Shown here: one piece after another, positions 17,080 to 25,055 of the stretch
Layout: each line of letters begins with the position of its first letter
How positions within the stretch are numbered: position 1 is the stretch's first letter
DNA from: an uncultured bacterium
GTDB lineage: Bacteria; SAR324; NAC60-12
NCBI GenBank assembly: GCA_964010765.1
Contig: CAXGMD010000041.1
Coordinates: 1-30,765, forward strand
Length of the DNA stretch: 30,765 nucleotides
Reading direction: 5' to 3'
Notes under the pieces: model-generated
The model's database searches: none
Told to the model about the DNA's origin: nothing
Seen by the model: only the letters and a program-made list of their open reading frames with translations
Position numbers and translations under genes: made by a program

Positions 17080-18587
17080 TGTCTCAGCAGATCACCCTGA
17101 AAACCTCTGGTATTTCCAAGAGCTTCCCTGGTGTACAGGCTCTACAGAATGTAGAAATTGAGCTGCATGCTGGTTCAATTCACGCCCTGCTCGGAGAAAA
17201 TGGAGCAGGCAAGTCCACGCTGATCAAGATCTTAACGGGTGTGTATCAACCTGATGAAGGGAGTGTAAAACTGCTTGGACAAGCTGTGAGCTTCTCAGAT
17301 ACTAAGGAAGCCCGTCGGCAAGGAATTGCTGTGGTACACCAGGAGCGTCACTTGATCCCGCGTTTCTCGGTTGGAGAAAATCTCTTTCTTGATCGCTTAG
17401 GAGAAAAAGCCTGGAGCTGGGTGGATTATCCCAAACTGCATGAGGAGGCCAAACCCTGGCTTGCGGCTGTGGGACTGGACCTGGATCCCCAAACTCCAGT
17501 AAAACAGCTTTCTGTTGCCAAGATGCAGCTCGTGGAAATCGCACAGGCGATTTCACAGAAATCACGTGTCCTGCTCATGGATGAGCCGACGGCTTCCTTG
17601 ACCCCCCATGAGACAGAGAAGCTCTTCTCCCTATTGCAGAAGCTCAAGGAGGATGGGGTGACAATTGTTTTTGTGAGCCACAAGCTTGAAGAGGTACTGC
17701 AAATTTGTGATTACCTGACCGTTTTGCGAGATGGTCAGAACACTTGTACTAGTCAGCCAATTGCTCAGTACGACCGACAGGATCTGGTCCAACTGATGAT
17801 TGGGCGAAAGGAACAGATTCCTGCCTGGCAAACCCGTGAAGTCAATCGACAAAGTCCAAAATTGGAGCTACGTCAAGTCAGTACAGAAGCGGGACATCAA
17901 GATCTGAATCTTCAACTGTATCTGGGGGAGATTCTTGGATTTTATGGATTGATTGGGGCGGGACGCAGCGAGTTGGCGAAGTCATTGATTGGCTATTTCC
18001 GAATGACCAAGGGAGAGTACCTGCTGGACGGCAAGGCAATTCATGTCTCTGGGGTGTCTGTTGCAAGGGATCGCTACGCGATTGGCTATCTGAGCGAGGA
18101 TCGAAAGTCAGAGGGTTTGATCCTACAGCATGACGTGTTGCAGAATTCAGGCATCACCGTCTGGAGAAAGATCTGCTCCAAGTTGGGTTGGCTCTCCGAT
18201 CAGCAGGTCACCAACCGAGTCTCTCCTTCGATTGACAAGCTGGAGGTCAAGACACCTTCGTTGGCACAGATGGTGGGGAATTTGTCCGGAGGCAATCAGC
18301 AGAAGATCTCCGTAGCCAAGTGGTTGGCTGCTCAAGTGGAGATCCTGATTGTTGATGAACCGTCTGTTGGAATCGACATCAAGACCAAGGCCTACCTACA
18401 TGAGTTGATTCGGGAACTGGCGGATCAGGGGACTTCTATTCTCTTAATTACCTCCGATATGCCGGAAATCATCACCCTTGCAGACCGTATCATTGTAATG
18501 GATGACTTTGCGATCAAGGGAGACCTACCGAACAACCGAAACTATGAGGAGATGAGCACCGGAATTATGAATTTGATTCATAGTTGA
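17079..18587 (+). CDS. Sugar ABC ATPase (RbsA/MglA-like, two NBDs)
   Basis: 'GENGAGKSTL', 'LMDEPTASL', 'SEDRKSEGL' and 'LSGGNQQK'. TGATG overlap with the permease. Confidence 0.94.
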   Translation: MSQQITLKTSGISKSFPGVQALQNVEIELHAGSIHALLGENGAGKSTLIKILTGVYQPDEGSVKLLGQAVSFSDTKEARRQGIAVVHQERHLIPRFSVGENLFLDRLGEKAWSWVDYPKLHEEAKPWLAAVGLDLDPQTPVKQLSVAKMQLVEIAQAISQKSRVLLMDEPTASLTPHETEKLFSLLQKLKEDGVTIVFVSHKLEEVLQICDYLTVLRDGQNTCTSQPIAQYDRQDLVQLMIGRKEQIPAWQTREVNRQSPKLELRQVSTEAGHQDLNLQLYLGEILGFYGLIGAGRSELAKSLIGYFRMTKGEYLLDGKAIHVSGVSVARDRYAIGYLSEDRKSEGLILQHDVLQNSGITVWRKICSKLGWLSDQQVTNRVSPSIDKLEVKTPSLAQMVGNLSGGNQQKISVAKWLAAQVEILIVDEPSVGIDIKTKAYLHELIRELADQGTSILLITSDMPEIITLADRIIVMDDFAIKGDLPNNRNYEEMSTGIMNLIHS

Positions 18588-18814
18588 AATTTCTGAAGGG
18601 CTAGCCGGCATAAAGGATCATCGGGTTCTATTTCCTCACCCCGAAATCTTCCTAACAAATTATTTCCTTCCTTCCCATTATTGACTGTCTTGCTTTCTCC
18701 TCGATAGCTGCGAGAGAATTCCATTATTCATCACTACTCAAAATCAAGGTCTCCCCGTTCAGTGAATTTGTAAAAGTTCAGCGCTTCTCCAAGGCCCCAG
18801 TAGAAATATAGCTT

Positions 18815-20197
18815 ATGAATTCCATTACTAAATCCCACTACGACCAGATTCTAGAAAAAGCAACAGCTATTCAGCACAAGTGGAGAGAAATCCCAGCTCC
18901 AAGAAGAGGAGAATTGTTGAGAGTCTTTGGCAATCAATTGCGCGAATCTCAAGAAGGCATTGCCCAATGCATCATGACGGATGCCAAGAAAATCCGGGCG
19001 GAAGCTTTGGGAGAAGTGCAGGAGGCAATCGACATGTGTGACTTCGCAGTGGGGCTTTCGCGGCAACTCTATGGGCTGACGATTGCCAGTGAGCGTCCAG
19101 AACACAAGCTACAGGAAGCCTATCATCCGTTGGGGATCATTGGAGTGATCACCGCGTTCAACTTCCCCTGTGCCGTCTGGGCCTGGAACCATTGTCTCTC
19201 CATCGTTTGTGGGAACAGCGTGGTCTGGAAAGCTTCTCCCAAGGCGTTGCATGTCACTGCCGCTTGTAAGCAGGCCTGGGATCAGGCGGTACAAAACTGT
19301 ATGCCGGGGGAAGGGTTTGAGGATCTTTTGCAATTGGTCGAAGGGCATAAAGAGCAAGCGGAGTGGATGGCTGATGACGCACGGATTAGTCTGCTCAGCG
19401 CGACAGGTTCCACCGAAATGGGAAAAACTCTGGCTCCGCGGGTTGCCGCAAGACTGGGGAAGGCGCTTTACGAACTCGGTGGAAACAACGGGATGATTGT
19501 TAGCAAGCACGGTAACTTGGATCTTGCGGTTCGAGGGATTGTATTCGGGGCAGTTGGGACTGCTGGTCAACGCTGCACAACTTTACGTCGCCTAATTGTG
19601 CAGGAGCAGGTTTACGATGATTTGTTAACCAAACTCAAACCAGCTTATGCCAGTTTGCCAGTGGGTGATCAATTCAATGCAGAAACTCTGGTTGGTCCAT
19701 TGATCGATGGGGCAGCGGTTGAAAGGATGCAGTCAGCTCTGTCCTCAGCACGTGAGAAAGGATACATCGTTCATGGTGGTGAATCATTGGGTGATTGTCT
19801 GGTACGTCCGGCGATTGTAGAGGCTTCCACGCAATGTGAACTGGTTCAAACCGAGACCTTTGCTCCTATCCTCTACGTTTTGAAATATTCCAAGTTAGAG
19901 GAAGCGATTCAACTCCACAATGGGGTTCCCCAGGGCCTGAGCTCCTGTATCTTCACAGACAACCTGCAGGAAGCTGAGACCTTCACCGCGGCAGTTGGAT
20001 CAGACTGTGGGATTGTCAATGTGAACATCGGCCCCAGCGGTGCAGAAATTGGTGGCGCTTTTGGAGGAGAAAAGGAGACAGGCGGAGGACGGGAATCGGG
20101 TTCTGATGCCTGGAAGCAATACATGCGTCGGAGTACAATTACGATCAATTATGGAAAGTCACTTCCCTTGGCTCAAGGGATCAAGTTCGGAGATTGA
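18815..20197 (+). CDS. Aldehyde dehydrogenase family 7 (antiquitin / piperideine-6-carboxylate dehydrogenase-like)
   Basis: 'PAPRRGE', 'GLSRQLYGLTIASERP', 'ITAFNFP', catalytic Glu in 'ELGGNN', catalytic Cys in 'GQRCTT', and 'GGEKETGGGRESGSDAWK'. Confidence 0.92.
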   Translation: MNSITKSHYDQILEKATAIQHKWREIPAPRRGELLRVFGNQLRESQEGIAQCIMTDAKKIRAEALGEVQEAIDMCDFAVGLSRQLYGLTIASERPEHKLQEAYHPLGIIGVITAFNFPCAVWAWNHCLSIVCGNSVVWKASPKALHVTAACKQAWDQAVQNCMPGEGFEDLLQLVEGHKEQAEWMADDARISLLSATGSTEMGKTLAPRVAARLGKALYELGGNNGMIVSKHGNLDLAVRGIVFGAVGTAGQRCTTLRRLIVQEQVYDDLLTKLKPAYASLPVGDQFNAETLVGPLIDGAAVERMQSALSSAREKGYIVHGGESLGDCLVRPAIVEASTQCELVQTETFAPILYVLKYSKLEEAIQLHNGVPQGLSSCIFTDNLQEAETFTAAVGSDCGIVNVNIGPSGAEIGGAFGGEKETGGGRESGSDAWKQYMRRSTITINYGKSLPLAQGIKFGD

Positions 20198-20201
20198 TGG
20201 T

Positions 20202-20801
20202 ATGCCCAAAGGTTTCTATCGACTGCCAGATGTACAGTTCGATCTTCAGCAGATGCAGGAGGCCCTGCAGGAGGTGGATTCCAGGGTGGCTCGGCAGTCT
20301 CCTCTTGGTGAAAGAGACATCAACGCCATTTGCCTAACCCAGATTCCTGGTGATCCCAACTCAATCACAGGTGGGAATGTTCGCGGTCTGTTCTGGACCA
20401 AGCCTGATCATACTGGGGTTGAGGTGCAACGTGATGCTCCAATTGATGAAGAGAATTATTCGGAGTTCGTCAAATTGTTTGAAGATACCTACTTCAAGGA
20501 GATCTACGACACCTTGATTTCCCGCTACAAGTTGGGCCGAATCCGCCTGCTTTGGAAGCTCCCCCGCACTACCCTGAGTTGGCATCGTGATCCAGAGCCC
20601 AGACTTCATATCCCAATCATTACCAATCCTGGCGCCCACATGGTGATTGAAGAGGTCAACCATCACATGCCCGCAGACGGTTCTGTTTGGATCACGAACA
20701 ATACTCGCTATCACAATGCCTTCAATGGTGGAGAAGAAGACCGAGTTCATTTGGTAGCGACTGTGCTGGATTGTGATCTGAGCATCTTCGATCAAAGTTG
20801 A
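20202..20801 (+). CDS. Aspartyl/asparaginyl beta-hydroxylase-like 2OG-Fe(II) dioxygenase domain protein
   Basis: HxD...H triad pattern 'SWHRDPEPRLHIPIITN...YHNAFNGGEEDRVHLV'. ATG 20202 is 4 nt after the ALDH stop, with GGAGA upstream. Confidence 0.8.
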   Translation: MPKGFYRLPDVQFDLQQMQEALQEVDSRVARQSPLGERDINAICLTQIPGDPNSITGGNVRGLFWTKPDHTGVEVQRDAPIDEENYSEFVKLFEDTYFKEIYDTLISRYKLGRIRLLWKLPRTTLSWHRDPEPRLHIPIITNPGAHMVIEEVNHHMPADGSVWITNNTRYHNAFNGGEEDRVHLVATVLDCDLSIFDQS

Positions 20802-20869
20802 CGATCTCAGTGTTGTTGCTGAGAGTGGGTGTAGATCAATTCGTTGACAGTTTCAAAGAAGTGAACGCT

Positions 20870-21385
20870 ATGAAAGTTTTTCGAAGTGTTTCGCTGTGTG
20901 TTGGGCTGGGACTCTTGTTTTGGGCAAGCACCCTTTCAGCTCATGAGGCTTCGAAGATCAATGCGAATAGCCTGTTGCGAGAATACTTCCGCAACGAGAC
21001 GTTGTCCTACAGCAGTCAGGTAGAAAGCCGCTGTGGACGAATTGGACTCAATGCTGGAAACGTTGATCAAATCCTGGTTGAAGAAATTGAGAAGGCTGAG
21101 CTACAACCCTTGGCTGAGGAAACAGAGACCCCACTCCCCAGAATCCTATTGGTTACTGACGTTAGCTGCCTTTCACAGTATCTAGGCAATACAGTCTTCT
21201 ACCGTACTAGCGTCTCTTTCCAGTGGGAGAATGGTAAAGATACAAGTGGTCGGTTGACTTTGGGTCCTGCGGTAAGTTCGATGGGTTTGGGTGATGAGGT
21301 GCGCAAGCCTCTCAATGGTATCCGAAAGGCTGCTCGGGAAAAGATTCGTGATCTGCTGAATGCCCAGCGTCGACAAGCCGAGTGA
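20870..21385 (+). CDS. Hypothetical secreted/periplasmic protein
   Basis: Sec-type signal peptide MKVFRSVSLCVGLGLLFWASTLSA-HEA. Fills the gap between neighbouring genes. No motif recognised. Confidence 0.7.
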   Translation: MKVFRSVSLCVGLGLLFWASTLSAHEASKINANSLLREYFRNETLSYSSQVESRCGRIGLNAGNVDQILVEEIEKAELQPLAEETETPLPRILLVTDVSCLSQYLGNTVFYRTSVSFQWENGKDTSGRLTLGPAVSSMGLGDEVRKPLNGIRKAAREKIRDLLNAQRRQAE

Positions 21386-21407
21386 GGCATGGTTGTATTG
21401 ACCCAAC

Positions 21408-22370
21408 TTAAGCGTACTGGACGATCAAGACCGAGCGATCGTCAGAAAACTCCGTACTGGTGGAACCCTTGATGGCAGGACAGTTGTCAATCTTACTTGG
21501 ATCAATGGATTCGATTCGGGCAAACTCTCTCTCCCAAGCGGCCACTGTCACTTCATCCGGTAGACTGAAATAGCCGTCTGTAAAGAGTTCAAGGCTCTTG
21601 ATGGAAGTCTTTGGACGAGAAAAACAAAGCATTCCCTCGCCAGCCAGGCTCTTCCCATTCAATGCCGCATAACTTAGGGGAAGTTCTCCTTGGTTGGCAA
21701 AGCGATGCTGCGAAACCACTCCCTGTTTGAGAAAGCTCATCCCTTCTGCTGCTGCAGCAGGAAAATTCAGTTGGATGTGCTCTAGCAGGTCTTGCTGTTG
21801 GGTATCCGTCAATACTCCCTGCTCGAGAGCCTTATCCAGTCCGTAGTACACCACCTGACGAGTTTGATATTCCAGTTCATCACTCTTTAAGCCCTGTTCT
21901 CGCAGAATTCGGAAGAGCGCCTGTCGAGTGAGAGTGGACACGTGGTCAATTTGTTTGCGCAAGACTATTTCTTCCTGACCATTCAGACGCACACCGCTAT
22001 CCCCCAGCAGGAAAAAGAGCAACTCTTCGCCAACATCCCAGGCCAGCGCCATTGTGGTTGAAGGTGGTTTGCCCTCTGCTTGAAGTTGGCCTTCCGCAGT
22101 TTTCTGCAACAAGACTACTTCCAGTTGCTCATTGACTTGATGAAGCAGTTCTTCGTCGTGCGCCATTTGCTGAGTGGCCCAAAGGCGACCGACCGCTTCG
22201 GCGCAGGTCAATGCCGCAAAGCGTCCGCTGGTAATTCCGTCGAGCATTGTTTTGGTCGGATCAGTTGCCCCATCAAACAAGGCATAGAGACCTGGCAGGA
22301 TGAGCAATACATCCTCCCCCGGGGCTTCAAAAGATTGATACTTGGAACGGTTGAAACAGGAGATTTGCAT
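21408..22370 (-). CDS. PP2C/PPM-fold metal-dependent phosphatase-like protein
   Basis: PPM acidic motifs in the expected order: 'GED', 'LFDGAT', 'STT', 'GDSG', 'LFTDGY' and 'SDDRS'. Confidence 0.78.
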   Translation of the reverse strand: MQISCFNRSKYQSFEAPGEDVLLILPGLYALFDGATDPTKTMLDGITSGRFAALTCAEAVGRLWATQQMAHDEELLHQVNEQLEVVLLQKTAEGQLQAEGKPPSTTMALAWDVGEELLFFLLGDSGVRLNGQEEIVLRKQIDHVSTLTRQALFRILREQGLKSDELEYQTRQVVYYGLDKALEQGVLTDTQQQDLLEHIQLNFPAAAAEGMSFLKQGVVSQHRFANQGELPLSYAALNGKSLAGEGMLCFSRPKTSIKSLELFTDGYFSLPDEVTVAAWEREFARIESIDPSKIDNCPAIKGSTSTEFSDDRSVLIVQYA

Positions 22371-22383
22371 TTCTTACCTGAAA

Positions 22384-22989
22384 CTAAAATAGAGAGGGCT
22401 GTTGGACAGGAGCTAGTTCTTCTGGTTGCAAAGCCAAGGACAACAATGGGGCTTTGAGCAGGGGTTCTAGCTTTGGAAGTGGCCCATTCAGCCAGGTTGT
22501 GACTTCATCAGGAGGCAGGATCAGTGGCATACGATGATGAATCAGGGCACATTGTGGGGTGGGATGAGTAGTCAGAGTCACCATACGATTGGTTGAATCC
22601 GTCTCTGGAAACCAGATGCCAGCCATAAACAATGGCGATTCATCTGGGGCATGAAAGCGGAATTTCTGCTTCTGACCACTCTCCAAAATCTTCCATTCAT
22701 ACCAACCACTGCAAGGGATTACGCAACGTCGTGATCGAAACGCCTCACGGAATGTCATCTTGGTAGCAACAGTCTCCGCCTGCGCGTTGATCAGCAGATG
22801 CTTGCTCCAGGAAGGTTGAATGCCCCATTGCAAACGGACCTGGGTGAAGCCTTGGGACTCAGCCTGCAGCGTATCCACCTGTTGTGTGGGTCGTAGATCA
22901 CGATTCTCTCTACTCTCCCACTCGACGCCAAAGCCTGCCTTGACAGCATCACTGATTTTGTTGGGCAGAATGTCAATTCGTCCACACAT
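22384..22989 (-). CDS. SOS response-associated peptidase (SRAP; YedK/HMCES abasic-site protecting protein)
   Basis: N-terminal MCGR (catalytic Cys2), 'WG', 'INAQAETV', 'RRCVIP..GWYEW' and 'IHHRMPLIL'. Confidence 0.93.
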   Translation of the reverse strand: MCGRIDILPNKISDAVKAGFGVEWESRENRDLRPTQQVDTLQAESQGFTQVRLQWGIQPSWSKHLLINAQAETVATKMTFREAFRSRRCVIPCSGWYEWKILESGQKQKFRFHAPDESPLFMAGIWFPETDSTNRMVTLTTHPTPQCALIHHRMPLILPPDEVTTWLNGPLPKLEPLLKAPLLSLALQPEELAPVQQPSLF

Positions 22990-23000
22990 GGTCCAGTACT

Positions 23001-23738
23001 CTAAGGCGTGTTTAAATTTAAACGTTTCTCCCAGAGTTCCTCGTAGTACGGCAGCGCCTCTTGCTCCAACTCAAGATACCGCCCCGTCAACTTCTCTCCG
23101 AGTGGGCTGGGTGGACCGAATCCCTGGCTGGCCTGAACGTTTTTGTACCAATAGGGGGCCCAGGGACCGTCGTAGGGCTTTTCCCCAGGCTCCCAGCTCA
23201 ACATCGCATCGTAGTCCGGTAATCCAAGGGCCGTACAGATTTGAGGAAATGCCAAATCAGGATTTGCCAGCATTTCGTCACTGTCGACAATAATTTTGTT
23301 TCCTGGAAAGTCACCGAGTAACTTCCATTGTTCAACCTGTTCCACGATACCAATATCAGCCAACTGTGCTTGGGGCCAGACTTTGGCAAAAGATCGAATG
23401 ACCTTGCGTGGATGACGAACCCAAAAAATATGGATGGCATCCTTGGCCCACTCCCAGGGCATCTGCACCATGTGGTGTGCCATGTTCTTCAGATACAGTT
23501 CTCTGGAGCCTTGTTGACAAAATTGCTCAATTTTCGCGATGCAATCTGTTGGAGTGTTGGGAAGTTGCGCTAGAATTTCGGCTCGGCCAGGGTGGTCTAG
23601 TCCAGTCCGATGGAGATATGGTCCGTAGAAGGGTTCATCGATCACCACACACCCCGGTCGCTGAGCAAAGCTGTACATCAGCGCTGTGCTGATGTTGCGT
23701 GGACCGGAGACAGCGTGGATCAAACGGGTCTGTGTCAT
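23001..23738 (-). CDS. Sulfotransferase-like domain protein (type usually linked to branched-chain aminotransferases)
   Basis: 'SGPRNISTALMYSF', 'DEPFY', 'KNMAHH', 'RHP..VIRSF', 'MLSW' and 'WAPYWY..V..S.GF'. Confidence 0.85.
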   Translation of the reverse strand: MTQTRLIHAVSGPRNISTALMYSFAQRPGCVVIDEPFYGPYLHRTGLDHPGRAEILAQLPNTPTDCIAKIEQFCQQGSRELYLKNMAHHMVQMPWEWAKDAIHIFWVRHPRKVIRSFAKVWPQAQLADIGIVEQVEQWKLLGDFPGNKIIVDSDEMLANPDLAFPQICTALGLPDYDAMLSWEPGEKPYDGPWAPYWYKNVQASQGFGPPSPLGEKLTGRYLELEQEALPYYEELWEKRLNLNTP

Positions 23739-23766
23739 CTGATGGGAGTCAGTAACTGGTCAGACT

Positions 23767-24678
23767 TCACTTCCCCCAATTCAAGGCCACTGGATTCAGA
23801 GGTCTCAAGATCTCCAACAAGCCAGCTTTTGTTTGTGGATGCAATGCTGGGATCGGATGTCGGCAGAAAGCAGATTGAATGACTCCACCTTCCTCCATCA
23901 CTACCTTAGTCGCCCGGAAGCCGCACTGACGATTCTCGAAGTTGATGGCAGGGAGCACTCTGGCGTAGGCTGAGGCAGCCTGATCCGCTTTCCCAGCAAG
24001 GAAGTGCTCAATCACGGGCTTGATCTGATCCGGAATCATGGCGGAGGTCATTGAGCCGGTAGCACCAGCTTGGAGATCAGCCATCAGGGTAATGGCCTCT
24101 TCTCCGTCAAAGGGACCTTCAATCGCATCTCCCCCTTGTTCAATCAGTGCGCGCAATTTGTTGGCGGCCTGGGGACACTCAATCTTGAAGAGCTTGACCA
24201 TCTCAATCTCTCGAGCCATCCGGACGAGGAGAGGAACCGAAAGCTCTACACCTGATAGCGGAGCATCCTGGATCATGATGGGAATGCCAACTTCTCCAAC
24301 TTTGGTGAACTGTTCAAACGTCTGATCTGGAGTCCCCTTAAGGAGTGCGCCGTGATAAGGAGGCATCATCATCACCATGGCTGCTCCCAGTTCTTTACTC
24401 AGACGAGCGCGCTGCAGGACGATGTGAGTGGCGTAGTGGCTGATCGTAACGATTACGGGGACTCTCCCTGCGACATGTTCCAGGCTGAGTCGGCTCAAGG
24501 CTTCTCGTTCTGCATCTGTGATCAGAAACTGTTCCGAGAAGTTTGCCAGGATACAGATGCCATCGACACCTTGATCAATCATACAATCAAGCACACGCTT
24601 CATTCCTTCGTAATCTACTTCTCCATTGGGATGAAAAGGAGTGGGGGCGACAGGCCAGATACCAGAATACTTGCTCAT
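23767..24678 (-). CDS. DHDPS-family enzyme, L-2-keto-3-deoxyarabonate dehydratase-like
   Basis: 'CILANFSEQF', 'MPPYHGA', 'IQDAP', Schiff-base Lys in 'FKIE', 'DGEEAITL' and 'ENRQ' match what I recall of Azospirillum L-KDA dehydratase (AraD). GAGG RBS upstream. Confidence 0.85.
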   Translation of the reverse strand: MSKYSGIWPVAPTPFHPNGEVDYEGMKRVLDCMIDQGVDGICILANFSEQFLITDAEREALSRLSLEHVAGRVPVIVTISHYATHIVLQRARLSKELGAAMVMMMPPYHGALLKGTPDQTFEQFTKVGEVGIPIMIQDAPLSGVELSVPLLVRMAREIEMVKLFKIECPQAANKLRALIEQGGDAIEGPFDGEEAITLMADLQAGATGSMTSAMIPDQIKPVIEHFLAGKADQAASAYARVLPAINFENRQCGFRATKVVMEEGGVIQSAFCRHPIPALHPQTKAGLLEILRPLNPVALNWGK

Positions 24679-24823
24679 TTATGAACCTCAGTAGAATAGT
24701 GTTGAAGGGAAACAGTGGGTTTTGAAATGACTTATAACGGAAAAGAAACCAGGAGGCTAGTCTTTCATTTGCTGGAAGAATTTCCTGCAGTTACCAGTTA
24801 ACAGAATCAATCTCTAGAGGAGA

Positions 24824-25054
24824 ATGGCGCAACTCAAAGTGGTTTATCAAGGGAAAGGAGCCAACCTTGTTGGCAAGGCTTGGCGTTATGGAGCAATGGG
24901 CGGAACTTGGGAAGAAGGACCTGCGGAGGGCCAGGTGATCGTCTCACTCCAGGTACAAGATCGTAATTACCAACCGTTGATGTCTTCTCTACGCGATGAT
25001 CCGAATGTGGTTGAGATTCTGGATAGCTCACCAAAGTCTGCAGAATCTTCATGA
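24824..25054 (+). CDS. Small hypothetical protein (76 aa)
   Basis: GAGGAG RBS-like motif immediately before the ATG. Exactly fills the intergenic gap and has a protein-like composition. Confidence 0.65.
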   Translation: MAQLKVVYQGKGANLVGKAWRYGAMGGTWEEGPAEGQVIVSLQVQDRNYQPLMSSLRDDPNVVEILDSSPKSAESS

Positions 25055-25055
25055 G

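Noticed and set aside
20040..20201. Long overlap of the hydroxylase ORF with the ALDH end (programmed frameshift fusion)
   Set aside because: The ALDH has a normal ALDH7 C-terminus, the hydroxylase has its own RBS and ATG at 20202, and I saw no slippery site.
20805..20849. Hairpin TCTCAGT/GCTGAGA and a TTGACA hexamer before the secreted protein
   Set aside because: There is no U tract for a terminator, and no properly spaced -10 before the ATG.
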